Position numbers and translations under genes: made by a program | Sequence record: NZ_CP118109.1 | Direction: 5' to 3' (one strand) | Origin: a plasmid | Length of the DNA stretch: 64,000 bases | The notes under the pieces: generated by a model | Told to the model about the DNA's origin: nothing | The model's database searches: none | Seen by the model: the letters and a program-made list of their open reading frames with translations, nothing else | In this document: positions 27,459 to 36,691 of the stretch, one piece after another | Position numbering within the stretch: position 1 is the stretch's first letter | Layout of the letters: each line of letters starts with the position of its first letter

Positions 27459-27863
27459 ATGAATACTATGCAAGTTGTAGAACTTTTAGATTCTATTTTA
27501 CCTCTCTACCCTGCCGCTCAGAATATCTCCCGCAGTCTTTTGATGGACATACTTGAATCAGAAGGCATCTTTATTTATGAGCCTGACTATTCAGTTACTA
27601 AAGCTAAATCTTTACTGTTTGAATACTTAGATAATACATACCGTTACAACTTTGATGCTTATGGCAATCTCGTCTCCCCTGAAAAGATTATGCATTCAGC
27701 CGCAGGTTATTATATTGGCTATGACTCTTATGATTTTGAACTTGATGTCTGCCTTCACCACGATCGTATATCTGGATACTATAAGGATATAGATAAAGCT
27801 AAGATGGCTTTACGTGTAGGAGTCCATTATATGATGCCACCTAGGTTATCTTTTTCTATGTAA
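27459..27863 (+). CDS. hypothetical protein, 134 aa
   Basis: GGAGA RBS plus ATG. Confidence 0.5.
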   Translation: MNTMQVVELLDSILPLYPAAQNISRSLLMDILESEGIFIYEPDYSVTKAKSLLFEYLDNTYRYNFDAYGNLVSPEKIMHSAAGYYIGYDSYDFELDVCLHHDRISGYYKDIDKAKMALRVGVHYMMPPRLSFSM

Positions 27864-28026
27864 TGTCTTTCATTGCCGCTCGTTATTGGGCGGCTTTTAT
27901 TATGTTCATTATTTATTTCATTACATTAATAATTTAATTAGTGAAATAAATCATTAAGCGTATTTATTATGCTAATATGATCAATGAACCGCATTTTCCG
28001 CTTATGAAAGGAGTTCTTTTAGCAAA

Positions 28027-28497
28027 ATGATTCTACATAGAAATGGTGAAGAATATCCCGTATCCTTCCTTCCTTTAACCAAAGCAGATGTCAAATTTAT
28101 GAATAAAACTGGATGGGAGCCTTCTTTTGACTGGAATATTTATTTTAACGCTCCTAAAGTAGAAGTGTATAAAATGGTTGTTACAGGTGATCCTAGTGGT
28201 ACAATACAAGGCGCCATTGCACTGGAAAAGAAAGAAGATCATGTTTTTATGCTTTTAATCGAAAGCTCACCCCGTAATAGGGATCCGATTAATAAACAGT
28301 TTTCTCATATTGGAGCTCATTTATTTGCATTTTGCTGTAAACGAAGCATGGAACTAGGTCACGAAGGTTTTATTGGCCTGAAAGCTAAGACTAAACTGGT
28401 CAATTATTTCTCATCTTTAGGTGCGGTTCCTATAAGTGGCCAAGATATGATTGTATCTGAGACTACCGCTCAGCATTTGGTTAATGTATACTTATAA
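28027..28497 (+). CDS. possible GNAT-fold acetyltransferase, 156 aa
   Basis: Pattern GAIALEKKEDHVFMLLIESSP ... HIGAHLFAFCCKRSMELGHEGFIGLKA ... LVNYFSSLGA resembles a GNAT beta4-alphaC core. Confidence 0.35.
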   Translation: MILHRNGEEYPVSFLPLTKADVKFMNKTGWEPSFDWNIYFNAPKVEVYKMVVTGDPSGTIQGAIALEKKEDHVFMLLIESSPRNRDPINKQFSHIGAHLFAFCCKRSMELGHEGFIGLKAKTKLVNYFSSLGAVPISGQDMIVSETTAQHLVNVYL

Positions 28498-28511
28498 GAG
28501 AGGTGATTAAC

Positions 28512-28694
28512 ATGGACAAAGAAATACTTGATCGACGCTTCAAAGAATTAGAAAAAGCCGCTGATCGACACACTAACGGTCATTATGTTGAACAAACATT
28601 GCCTGGAGTTGACACTTCTAATGTCAGTGCCTTTATCAGAAATAGAAAAGAAATTAATAAACGAATACAAGCAACGATTAAAGCTCGCCAATAG
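28512..28694 (+). CDS. hypothetical small protein
   Basis: ATG 28512 after AGGTGA. GTG 28503 is an alternative start. Confidence 0.4.
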   Translation: MDKEILDRRFKELEKAADRHTNGHYVEQTLPGVDTSNVSAFIRNRKEINKRIQATIKARQ

Positions 28695-28729
28695 GTGAGC
28701 TTTTTTATTTCATACAAGGACGTGGTCGA

Positions 28730-28984
28730 ATGGATTTAATGTTTGGTTATGATCGCCGCTATGATAGTCTTCTCTCCCCTGGCAAGATCAACACGGTTAC
28801 TGTTATCAATGGAACTCAATATACTGGTGAATGTTTTATCGACCCTAACCTCCCTTATGTTGTCCGCATGAATAATGCTGAAAAGCGTACTGCTGAAGGT
28901 GAGATTACTTTCGATGTGAATTGCCAGTTTTCTTATGAATCAATCATTCGTGTGGACTCTGCGCTTATCAGCGCTGCCGTATAG
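28730..28984 (+). CDS. hypothetical protein, N-terminus MDLMFGY (MELM-like)
   Basis: ORF 84 aa. Confidence 0.4.
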   Translation: MDLMFGYDRRYDSLLSPGKINTVTVINGTQYTGECFIDPNLPYVVRMNNAEKRTAEGEITFDVNCQFSYESIIRVDSALISAAV

Positions 28985-28995
28985 TAAAGGAGCAT

Positions 28996-29427
28996 ATGAT
29001 ATTGGAAATACGAAATGGGAATCCAATTATAGGACAGCGTGTTGACGTTTATGTGAATCTGAATAAGAAAGGTGTATTCAGTATTCTTGATCGTCAGCCT
29101 AAGAGTCCTACATATAATAAAGTATTGGCTTATGCAGAGCGAGTCACCATTAGGTCGGCTCGTTCTCGTATTATTCAGAGCAAATATGATTCTATTCAAG
29201 AGAAGAAACAACGAGCTGTTTGTGCTGTCTTCTCCGGAACTCTTGTTGCTATTGATTCAGACAAGTCTGCAGATCTTAATGTTCAAGTAAGATATAATCC
29301 TTACCGTTCTCGAGAATTTCATACTCTTGATGGATCCGTAATTGATCAAGCTGAGCTTATTCATTTTGAGGATCAATGCGGTTGGATTAGCACTGCCAAT
29401 CAGAATGATTCTATGCTATTGTTTTAA
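28996..29427 (+). CDS. hypothetical protein, 143 aa
   Basis: GGAGCATATG context. Confidence 0.5.
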   Translation: MILEIRNGNPIIGQRVDVYVNLNKKGVFSILDRQPKSPTYNKVLAYAERVTIRSARSRIIQSKYDSIQEKKQRAVCAVFSGTLVAIDSDKSADLNVQVRYNPYRSREFHTLDGSVIDQAELIHFEDQCGWISTANQNDSMLLF

Positions 29428-29462
29428 AGGTAAATTATTCTATTTTGAGGGGACGGATTCTT

Positions 29463-29828
29463 TTGACAGTAAGCAATTTAGATTTAGATTATTTCCTGCA
29501 TGACTTGATTGATGAATACCTAAATCATGGTCTAACTTCCCACGATGGAGCTACTGTAATAACTGTTGATCCAATTCATAAGTATTTCGAAGAAGTTGTA
29601 AATAAGCTCATTCCATTCATAGAATATGACATCATAGATCGCCTGGATTATATTGTTTTGACCAGAAAAGATAATGGTGATGATGAGATTGTTATTTTCG
29701 AGAAGCGCAATATGTTCAGAGCATTTCCAGACTCGCCTGCCAAATTTAATTATAAATTATTAAGCGTTCCAATATATCGATATGAGATATCAACAGTAAC
29801 TGTCGATATTGGCGAGATGGATGAATAG
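29463..29828 (+). CDS. hypothetical protein (start uncertain: TTG 29445 or TTG 29463)
   Basis: No in-frame ATG. GAGGGGA precedes 29463. Confidence 0.35.
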   Translation: MTVSNLDLDYFLHDLIDEYLNHGLTSHDGATVITVDPIHKYFEEVVNKLIPFIEYDIIDRLDYIVLTRKDNGDDEIVIFEKRNMFRAFPDSPAKFNYKLLSVPIYRYEISTVTVDIGEMDE

Positions 29829-29838
29829 TTTTACCTTC

Positions 29839-29866
29839 GGCTGCCACTTAGGCAGTCTTTTTTTAT
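29839..29866 (+). terminator. rho-independent terminator
   Basis: GGCTGCC-actta-GGCAGTC followed by TTTTTTT. Confidence 0.55.
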
Positions 29867-29891
29867 TTCTAATTCAAAGGAGATTTTCTAC

Positions 29892-30125
29892 ATGCAACCA
29901 CCTATTCTACACCCAGTAAACAAAGTTCTCATGATTCCAGGACGACTATACAACATCAAGGACACCAAAGAAAGAAACATTCAGGCGTCTTTTTCTAAAC
30001 GAGAAGGTGAAAACTTTCACTTTGATTATGCTATCTCTTTCGATTTAGCTTCTGGGACTACTCTTCTCATTGATCTTCTTCTTCATGAGGATGAAATTAT
30101 CTCTTGTGAGCAATATCATTTCTAG
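29892..30125 (+). CDS. hypothetical protein, 77 aa
   Basis: AAAGGAG RBS plus ATG. Confidence 0.45.
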   Translation: MQPPILHPVNKVLMIPGRLYNIKDTKERNIQASFSKREGENFHFDYAISFDLASGTTLLIDLLLHEDEIISCEQYHF

Positions 30126-30155
30126 GCTATCTAACGATAGCAAGGGCTTTATGAG
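30126..30155 (+). terminator. TAAC-loop hairpin element T5: GCTATC-TAAC-GATAGC-AAGGGC-TTTATGAG, followed by a second plain terminator hairpin 30155..30181
   Basis: Perfect 6-bp stem, TAAC loop, GGGCTTTATGA block. Then GGACTG-tctatata-CAGTCC-TTTTT. Confidence 0.5.
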
Positions 30156-30211
30156 GACTGTCTATATAGCAGTCCTTTTTCTTATTCAATCATAAACTGG
30201 AGGTTTTACCT

Positions 30212-30466
30212 ATGAAAACTAAATCACTTGCTATCGCATTCTTTATCACTCTCTGTACTACTATTGGCATTATTGCATGGCAGCCTGATCCTGCATATGT
30301 TGACTATGTTGTTGATTCTGGCGATACACTTTGGAGTATTGCTGAGCAAAGTGACATTGATACAGATAAACGTGCCATCGTCGCCTATATGATTGATAAA
30401 AGCAACTTACATAATCCAGGTGATCTTAAGCCAGGTATGATCGTTCGTATACCAATGCAAAAATAA
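30212..30466 (+). CDS. LysM-domain protein with N-terminal signal/anchor
   Basis: YVVDSGDTLWSIAEQ...LKPGMIVRIP is a LysM signature. N-terminal hydrophobic segment LAIAFFITLCTTIGIIAW. Confidence 0.7.
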   Translation: MKTKSLAIAFFITLCTTIGIIAWQPDPAYVDYVVDSGDTLWSIAEQSDIDTDKRAIVAYMIDKSNLHNPGDLKPGMIVRIPMQK

Positions 30467-30543
30467 GGGGGGCCTCTCCCCTATTCTGTCTGCGGTAATC
30501 AAACCGTACTGATGAGCTGTACTAGCAGCGAAACAGAATATGA

Positions 30544-30762
30544 TTGGAGGTTATAATCATAGATATAAACCAGACGTATAATACAATTGCTGTTATCATA
30601 TTCGAGCTGTTTCTTTTCCTATGCTTTATCATCGCTATTCCCGCTCTCAGAAATCCTAAAATCCCGCTAAAGCGCAAGTTTGAGGTTATAGGAGCAATTA
30701 TACTTATGATGTTCTTTATTTATTCGGCTTATCTAATGGAGCTATCTGAATCCGCTCAATAG
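30544..30762 (+). CDS. small membrane protein (start uncertain)
   Basis: Two hydrophobic helices. Only a TTG start at 30544. Confidence 0.3.
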   Translation: MEVIIIDINQTYNTIAVIIFELFLFLCFIIAIPALRNPKIPLKRKFEVIGAIILMMFFIYSAYLMELSESAQ

Positions 30763-30870
30763 TATTTCATATGATTTATAAGATATTTCATATGATTTAA
30801 GTCTTATATCATATGCGATAACAGTTATATCGTATGATATATTATATAATTCCTATTTCATATGATATAT
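30760..30870. repeat. array of ATTTCATATGAT / TATCATATG direct repeats (5 or more copies)
   Basis: Copies at 30765, 30785, 30855. Variants at 30806 and 30826. Palindromic CATATG core. Confidence 0.5.
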
Positions 30871-31016
30871 TAAATACTTATACGATGCGATTAGGTAATT
30901 AAGCTTGGCTCTTTCATTTATCAGGACGTGTTTTCGTACTATTGATTAGTACTATTAATATGCTTAACACAATTGTATAATTCTAGCAAACTACTAGAAG
31001 GAGGAATTATATGTAG

Positions 31017-31253
31017 ATGCCAAAAGATCCTAAGATTCAGAAGGAAATTGAAAGAATAAATAACGCCTACGATTTAATACTTGGTATGATAGGTGGCGAG
31101 CTTTATCAGCGAGGACTCGATTTTGAAATTCGCGAGTATCTTCTCGGAGTTCCTATGCTAGTTGTTTTTAATGAAGAAGGCACAGTAATAGATCGAAAGT
31201 TTGAATACGAGTTTGATGAATACTATAACGAGTTAGAATCAACCACAAATTAA
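31017..31253 (+). CDS. hypothetical protein, 78 aa
   Basis: GGAGG RBS plus ATG. Confidence 0.5.
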   Translation: MPKDPKIQKEIERINNAYDLILGMIGGELYQRGLDFEIREYLLGVPMLVVFNEEGTVIDRKFEYEFDEYYNELESTTN

Positions 31254-31303
31254 ACCTAAGCCTGTTCCTTAATGGAGCGGGCTTTTTTATTAGGAGGAAG
31301 ACT

Positions 31304-31450
31304 TATGAAAAATGTATTTATTTTCGACGATCCGGAGTTCCAGCAGATGCACTGGGATTTCGATCCGACTGGCTATGAGCAAGACATTCATACATACAAA
31401 CCATGTGGATGCATAGATGACCATTTCTGTTTAGAATGCGTCCCTTTCTA
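31304..31450 (+). CDS. small Cys-rich peptide, 48 aa (not in ORF track)
   Basis: AGGAGG RBS 6 nt upstream. Translation MKNVFIFDDPEFQQMHWDFDPTGYEQDIHTYKPCGCIDDHFCLECVPF. Confidence 0.4.
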
Positions 31451-31462
31451 AGGAGACTAATT

Positions 31463-31735
31463 ATGTTTAATTACACTAGCTTAGATGATCACATCTATTG
31501 TTTACAGCGCACCCCTCTCCCCGCCCAGCTCAGTATTGATTTAATCAGAGCTGATACATTCTATCTTCAAGATAAGGATGACGAATGCCGTCAAATCCTA
31601 GGTGAGATCGAACAAAAGTGTGCTGAACTAAACATCAAGATTTATCGTCCGATGCCGATCAGCTTTAAAGCAGCCGACTGGTATCGACAACAAGCTTTAG
31701 AAGCATATCAAACTCAAATAGATTGGAGCGAATAA
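31463..31735 (+). CDS. hypothetical protein
   Basis: TAAGGAG RBS plus ATG (MFNYTSLDD). Confidence 0.45.
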   Translation: MFNYTSLDDHIYCLQRTPLPAQLSIDLIRADTFYLQDKDDECRQILGEIEQKCAELNIKIYRPMPISFKAADWYRQQALEAYQTQIDWSE

Positions 31736-31736
31736 A

Positions 31737-31988
31737 ATGTTAACTGCTGTCGCACAAGAGAAAATGACCGATGATCAAGCCAAACAATACCTTGATAATA
31801 TGTCCGCTTATATCGAGAATGCTTCATTTGATATCGAAACTGAAAGTAATTTGCTTACTCATTGGGTGTCCGAACAGATCAAAGATATTCCTGAAAGCGC
31901 ACTCAAATTAATGCTCGTTGACTTATTTGTCAAAAATCAGCATCTCAAACAAGAATGCATCAGACAATCAGCATCCCTCTTTTTCTAA
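31737..31988 (+). CDS. hypothetical protein, 83 aa
   Basis: Adjacent ORF with 1-nt gap. Confidence 0.45.
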   Translation: MLTAVAQEKMTDDQAKQYLDNMSAYIENASFDIETESNLLTHWVSEQIKDIPESALKLMLVDLFVKNQHLKQECIRQSASLFF

Positions 31989-32084
31989 GTCGGCTTGGCG
32001 ACTATAAATAGGCTTTTGGCCAAGCGCGGGCTCCCAACTCGGGAGTATAGCAGTACCATACTATATTTAAAGGAGTGTCATATC

Positions 32085-32294
32085 ATGGATAATAAACAGA
32101 TCATCAGATATTTTATGAAGCCTATTCAGAATAACTTTGCTTTGGTTGTCGCTACTCGGAGTAAAGGAGATATCATTATCGAGGAAGGCCCTAAGCCTTT
32201 CGTGAAAGGGAAGTATACTTTCTATTCCCGTGATCGCCAGGCTCTCGAAAATAAAGTAGAGGAGGTGCTGTCATTAGAGACTGCTCACTCCTAA
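32085..32294 (+). CDS. hypothetical protein
   Basis: AAAGGAG RBS plus ATG (MDNKQIIRYF). The upstream 90 nt carries two hairpins (GCTTGGC/GCCAAGC and CTCCC/GGGAG). Confidence 0.45.
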   Translation: MDNKQIIRYFMKPIQNNFALVVATRSKGDIIIEEGPKPFVKGKYTFYSRDRQALENKVEEVLSLETAHS

Positions 32295-32691
32295 AGATTC
32301 GTTTCCCTATATGGGATAACTAAACCATTGCATAGGGTTTTAAAGGTTTTATGCTCTGCCTCATTTGGACAGACCTCTCCCAAAGGCCGATTATTTATGT
32401 ATCTTACTAATGAATGTTACTCTCAATAGAATGAACTGACGATTCTATACGATAGCTCATTCTATTAAAGGTAGCTGCCGTTTTTGCTCCACCTTTTTAT
32501 TTTTCTATCTACATCAGAAGTAAGCTAACTCTTGAATTGAATGTAATCTATCTATTCTTAAGTAAGCTTGCTTCTATATATAAAGAATTACCGGAAAACA
32601 TAGGGTATATACACCCAATCCTAAAACGTTCACAAATTGTACACATACTGTTCGTGTAATGTTCTATTCCAGTGGAGGGAGGCTAACTAAA

Positions 32692-32811
32692 TTGACTGTT
32701 TTCGGTATCGTGCTTGGTATCTATGTAGCATGCCATTTAATCGGTGACTATCGCAAAATCCGTCGTTTTGTACTAAAATGTAAGGCAATACAACAAAAAT
32801 ATATGAATTGA
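32692..32811 (+). CDS. 39-aa hydrophobic/basic peptide (type I toxin-like) with TTG start
   Basis: GGAGGGAGG RBS 9 nt before TTG. Translation LTVFGIVLGIYVACHLIGDYRKIRRFVLKCKAIQQKYMN. Preceded by a 400-bp non-coding region. Confidence 0.35.
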   Translation: MTVFGIVLGIYVACHLIGDYRKIRRFVLKCKAIQQKYMN

Positions 32812-32825
32812 GGAGACATTTTTCG

Positions 32826-33353
32826 ATGTATCTTGTACAATACAGAGACGACACCAACTATAGCGAACTTAAAGTGCAGTACTGCAAGGATCCATTAGAC
32901 GTAGAGAAGATGTGGAATCTGGATGATTCGGCCATATCTATCGTGGATGTTATTGAAGTGGATGAATACTTCAGACTTGTTGTAGCCGGGTCACGCGACT
33001 TCGATGATTACGCACTGCTTAGCAGACATTTGGATCATCTCTTGCAACACAAGAAGAACATCGTGATTGTTTCAGGAAATGCTATAGGTGCAGACATGCT
33101 AGGAGAGCGATATGCCAATGAAAGAGGATACTTTATAGATACATACATCCCTAATTGGCGCCCTAGGGGTCCGAGAGGTCCTGTTGATCGTTCTGCTGGA
33201 CATAGGCGAAATGCTGATATGGCCGATAATGGCGATGCTCTTGTGGCCTTCTGGGATAGCATTAGCAAAGGAACAGCAGGCATGATTAATATCGCTAAGA
33301 ATAAAGGATTACAGGTTCGTGTAATACATTACAATAAAGAAGGTGTCGTATGA
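32826..33353 (+). CDS. DUF2493-like / SLOG-superfamily Rossmann protein
   Basis: LVVAGSRDFDDY and IVIVSGNAIGADMLGERYA motifs. GAGGAGA RBS plus ATG 32826. Confidence 0.5.
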   Translation: MYLVQYRDDTNYSELKVQYCKDPLDVEKMWNLDDSAISIVDVIEVDEYFRLVVAGSRDFDDYALLSRHLDHLLQHKKNIVIVSGNAIGADMLGERYANERGYFIDTYIPNWRPRGPRGPVDRSAGHRRNADMADNGDALVAFWDSISKGTAGMINIAKNKGLQVRVIHYNKEGVV

Positions 33354-33835
33354 ATAACAACCTTAAAGAATGGCTGAGATCACGCCCTTCGGGCTATCCT
33401 GAACTTTCTCATGATTTCCACGTTAAATTCCAAGCTGGTCTTGGAATATTCGCTACATATGTATCAGAAGATTTCTTTGATATTCAAGAGCAGCCAATGG
33501 ATCGAATGGATGTTTCTAATCAAGATGGATATTATTATTCTATCCCTTACTTTCATGGTGATTCGTTTTCTTCACACAGTGGCGAAATACCTCTACTTTA
33601 TGTACTTAGAGTCAAAGATCGTGGGTTTTTCTACCCGCTTCGATTCGACTTTAATGCGACAGTAGTCGAGCGTGATCGTGTCGATTTTTGGATCAAGGTC
33701 TATGATCAGACAGGTTCTCGTACTACGAGTCGAGAACTGGCGTATCATGAGAAGGGTGTAAATTATACGATGATACCCGACCATGACAAAATGAAGCTTT
33801 CTGACTTTATTAAGGAGGTGGAGCCTGGTGGATGA
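33350..33835 (+). CDS. hypothetical protein, 161 aa
   Basis: ATGA overlap with the previous gene. Confidence 0.5.
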   Translation: MNNNLKEWLRSRPSGYPELSHDFHVKFQAGLGIFATYVSEDFFDIQEQPMDRMDVSNQDGYYYSIPYFHGDSFSSHSGEIPLLYVLRVKDRGFFYPLRFDFNATVVERDRVDFWIKVYDQTGSRTTSRELAYHEKGVNYTMIPDHDKMKLSDFIKEVEPGG

Positions 33836-34052
33836 GAATCTTTATCTTATTGATTCCCTGGCTTATCAAATTAACGGTAAGAGTGGATTGCTTCTTGGAC
33901 ATATGATGGCCACACATCAGCATATTGCAAGATCTGAAGCTGTTCATCAAGCGAATAAGAGGGAAGCCAAGGATCCCAAGCTTAACCGTGCCAACTATAG
34001 AAATGCCGTTCGTAATGTACTTGAGGATCGTCGCACTAGACGTTTCAAATAA
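33828..34052 (+). CDS. hypothetical protein, 74 aa
   Basis: Overlapping start. Confidence 0.45.
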   Translation: MDENLYLIDSLAYQINGKSGLLLGHMMATHQHIARSEAVHQANKREAKDPKLNRANYRNAVRNVLEDRRTRRFK

Positions 34053-34082
34053 GCAGTCTAACGACTGCGGGGGCTTTTTGAA
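34053..34082 (+). terminator. TAAC-loop hairpin element T3: GCAGTC-TAAC-GACTGC-GGGGGC-TTTTTGAAG
   Basis: Stop codon sits in the loop region. Covarying stem. Confidence 0.5.
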
Positions 34083-34118
34083 GTTAAATAATAAAACATA
34101 CTTTGGAGGAATTTAATC

Positions 34119-34481
34119 ATGCAAGCTAACATCACAATCAAAGGTCTATCTATCCATGTCGTTAACCCAGTAGAGGGTTCAGATAAAGAGAGTCAATTTA
34201 ATCTTAAAACCGATGAAATCTCTGTATCTCTGAAAGAAGCAACGGTCGAAAACATTGGCGATACTTTCAAATCAGTTATCCAAGAGCAAATTAAAGAAGC
34301 TAAGAAAGCTAAGCTTCAAGAGCTTAAAGAAATGATGTTGCATTCTCACAAAGAGGAGAGCTTTGATCCATTCAAAATACCTGGTTTAAATGGGCATATC
34401 ATTGTTGGCGGAAACATTGATGATATACCCAAGGAAATCTTTGACCAGCTTCCAGATTTCATCAAAAATAGCTTTAAGTAA
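34119..34481 (+). CDS. hypothetical Lys/Glu-rich protein, 120 aa
   Basis: GGAGGAA RBS plus ATG. Confidence 0.5.
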   Translation: MQANITIKGLSIHVVNPVEGSDKESQFNLKTDEISVSLKEATVENIGDTFKSVIQEQIKEAKKAKLQELKEMMLHSHKEESFDPFKIPGLNGHIIVGGNIDDIPKEIFDQLPDFIKNSFK

Positions 34482-34587
34482 TTCGTCTTGCCGGGGAAGC
34501 AACCCCTGGCTCCATGCCGTGATGGACTCTAAATAAGACACGGGTAAGAGATTCTAGTTGCTACTAAATACTATATATGAAATACGA

Positions 34588-34620
34588 TTTAGACCCATAT
34601 CATATGATGTGGGTCTTTTT
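34588..34620 (+). terminator. rho-independent terminator
   Basis: AGACCCAtatcatatgatgTGGGTCT followed by TTTTT. Confidence 0.55.
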
Positions 34621-34774
34621 CTATTTCTTGAATGCTTAAATCATATGTAGTATGGAATATGTCGTATTAAGTATGTAAAATCAAAAAATTTGTTGATAGA
34701 TTTGGTGATCCAAATATTTTGAGTTATCAAATGTTTCAGCAAATATCATTATTTTATATAGGAGGTCGCTTAAG

Positions 34775-35290
34775 ATGAGTGGCACAAAAGGAAAGAAAGA
34801 ATTTGACAGTTTGCGCATTGAAATGTGGGTATCCGGCACTGCTAACACCAACAAGGATGGAGGCTATTGTGTCATGCTTCATTCTGCTATGGGTGGCCAG
34901 CATTATAAAAAAACTCTTGGTGGATATGGCAAGGATACAACTGTAACTCGAATGACGCTTAAAGCAGTTCTTGAGGGACTTAAAGAAATAAAGAAAAAAG
35001 CCTTTGTCCATATCTATACCGGCATTCCACAAGTCAGTGCGGGTCTAAATAAGCTGATTCATCAATGGGCTAAGAATGATTTCAAGAAAGCTAATGGCGA
35101 TCAGCTCAAACATGAGGATTTATGGCGTCAAATTCATGCTCTTTTGGAGTCAAAGACTATAAGCTATAAAGTCCATTATATGGCCGATAGCCCAGCTCCA
35201 GAGAATAATATCGAAGCTATTCATATCTCAAGTGAATATGCAATGAAAGCAAAACAAACGATATATGAAACAGCAATCGCTGTGTCATAA
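34775..35290 (+). CDS. ribonuclease H-like protein
   Basis: RNase HI-type pattern: GTANTNKDGGYCV...E...TLKAVLEGLKE...VHIYTG...LIHQW...N...D. TAGGAGG RBS. Confidence 0.55.
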   Translation: MSGTKGKKEFDSLRIEMWVSGTANTNKDGGYCVMLHSAMGGQHYKKTLGGYGKDTTVTRMTLKAVLEGLKEIKKKAFVHIYTGIPQVSAGLNKLIHQWAKNDFKKANGDQLKHEDLWRQIHALLESKTISYKVHYMADSPAPENNIEAIHISSEYAMKAKQTIYETAIAVS

Positions 35291-35303
35291 GAAGGAGGAT
35301 ATC

Positions 35304-35525
35304 ATGCTACCGCAAGATAAGAATCGCCCAGGTTGGGCAAGAATCGATGCTCGTGTTGAGTTTGTTTATTTAGGCAAAAAGTATTTAGGTGTAGTGGAAG
35401 ATACCAGTTATACATTCTGCACATTCAAGAACATTATTGATCTTAGAAAGAACAAACCTGCAACTATTCCAAATACGATTGCGTTTGCTTATATTCAGAA
35501 TCCAATTGTCAGGACGGTGATCTGA
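35304..35525 (+). CDS. hypothetical protein
   Basis: AGAAGGAGG RBS plus ATG (MLPQDKNRPGWAR). Confidence 0.45.
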   Translation: MLPQDKNRPGWARIDARVEFVYLGKKYLGVVEDTSYTFCTFKNIIDLRKNKPATIPNTIAFAYIQNPIVRTVI

Positions 35526-35782
35526 TGAAAAGATCATTCATGGATATTATCGGACCTGGCTTGGATTTTATTGCAGATCGTTTCATGCTTTGCTTATTAA
35601 CGGCTGCCATTCTGGCTTCACTAGCTATTTTATTAGAACCCTTCGGCATTTTTATTATTCTTGCTGCCGCTGCTTTGTTTACATTTTATATTAGATGGGA
35701 TCTCCGAAGACAAAGTATTGAAGAGATCATTATTGAGGAGGAAGAGATTCAATGGGAAGACAAATCAAAACGACATGCTTAA
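35525..35782 (+). CDS. small membrane protein, 85 aa
   Basis: Hydrophobic LCLLTAAILASLAILLEPFGIFIILAAAALFTF. Confidence 0.45.
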   Translation: MKRSFMDIIGPGLDFIADRFMLCLLTAAILASLAILLEPFGIFIILAAAALFTFYIRWDLRRQSIEEIIIEEEEIQWEDKSKRHA

Positions 35783-36213
35783 AATGTAACGAGACTGTAA
35801 CACTAGACTTTGGTGATGCAAACTATTCTCAAGCTTTAAAGATGGCAGAAAAGCTAGATAGGCGTGCTATGGAATGCCCTGGCTTTCATGTGGAAATCGG
35901 TGGCTGGAATAAATATTGGCAACTAAATCGCATTATTGAGGAAGCATATACTGAGGAAGAAAAGGATATATGTCGTGATATTGTAAGGCGTATCACAATT
36001 CAAATACTCGATGGCAAATATTTAGAGAAGGAACATGAGTTTGGAACTGAGAAAGAGACCGGATTATTCCTTCAAGGCCTTATAGATGGCGGACTAAAAG
36101 AAGATTCCCGCGTTCATGTAAGGCATTACAATTACTTTAAAGAAGAACTCGGAGATTATGAGGCTCCAGCGAAAACAGCACTCACTTATTTAAGCGGAAG
36201 CCATCTGTGTTGA
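35752..36213 (+). CDS. hypothetical protein with N-terminal CxxC, 153 aa
   Basis: GAGGAGGAAGAG RBS plus ATG. Overlaps the previous gene by about 30 nt. Confidence 0.45.
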   Translation: MGRQIKTTCLKCNETVTLDFGDANYSQALKMAEKLDRRAMECPGFHVEIGGWNKYWQLNRIIEEAYTEEEKDICRDIVRRITIQILDGKYLEKEHEFGTEKETGLFLQGLIDGGLKEDSRVHVRHYNYFKEELGDYEAPAKTALTYLSGSHLC

Positions 36214-36215
36214 TC

Positions 36216-36246
36216 GTCGCTAACGCTCCCATGGCCTTATAGAATT
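36216..36246 (+). repeat. conserved junction element B: GTCGCTAACGCTCC-CATGGCCTTATAGAAT
   Basis: Identical 14-mer to copies A and C. Confidence 0.5.
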
Positions 36247-36267
36247 AACATTACGGAGGGAATACTT

Positions 36268-36549
36268 ATGCTTATGAATATTGTAAATAAAATCGTTAAT
36301 GCAGGCACTATGAATACTATAACAGAGGCGATTAAGCCTCTTACATCCATGCAGAGGTATGAAGCACTGCGCGCAGCTTCTGAGGCACTTTCTGATGAAG
36401 TAGAATCTCAACTTACTTCTAAGAATACGCTTCTTGCTATGTGGACTATGTCAAAGCTTGCTATTATTGATGATCTGGCACTTCAGGAAGAACGTAAAGC
36501 ACATAACGTTTTGCAATATGAGCGTATCAAGGAAGAAGTAGCATTATGA
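36268..36549 (+). CDS. hypothetical protein, 93 aa
   Basis: ACGGAGGGA RBS plus ATG. Confidence 0.5.
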   Translation: MLMNIVNKIVNAGTMNTITEAIKPLTSMQRYEALRAASEALSDEVESQLTSKNTLLAMWTMSKLAIIDDLALQEERKAHNVLQYERIKEEVAL

Positions 36550-36691
36550 TTTGGTATTTTATATTCGGATTCTTTGTTCTGATAGGGCAGTTTTGGCTAC
36601 TGCCCGCTGTTGTTTTATTCGCATTGATCAATCACTTTTGGAATACTCAAGTAAAGCTACCTAAATCTAAAAATAATTGGAGGAAATTATA

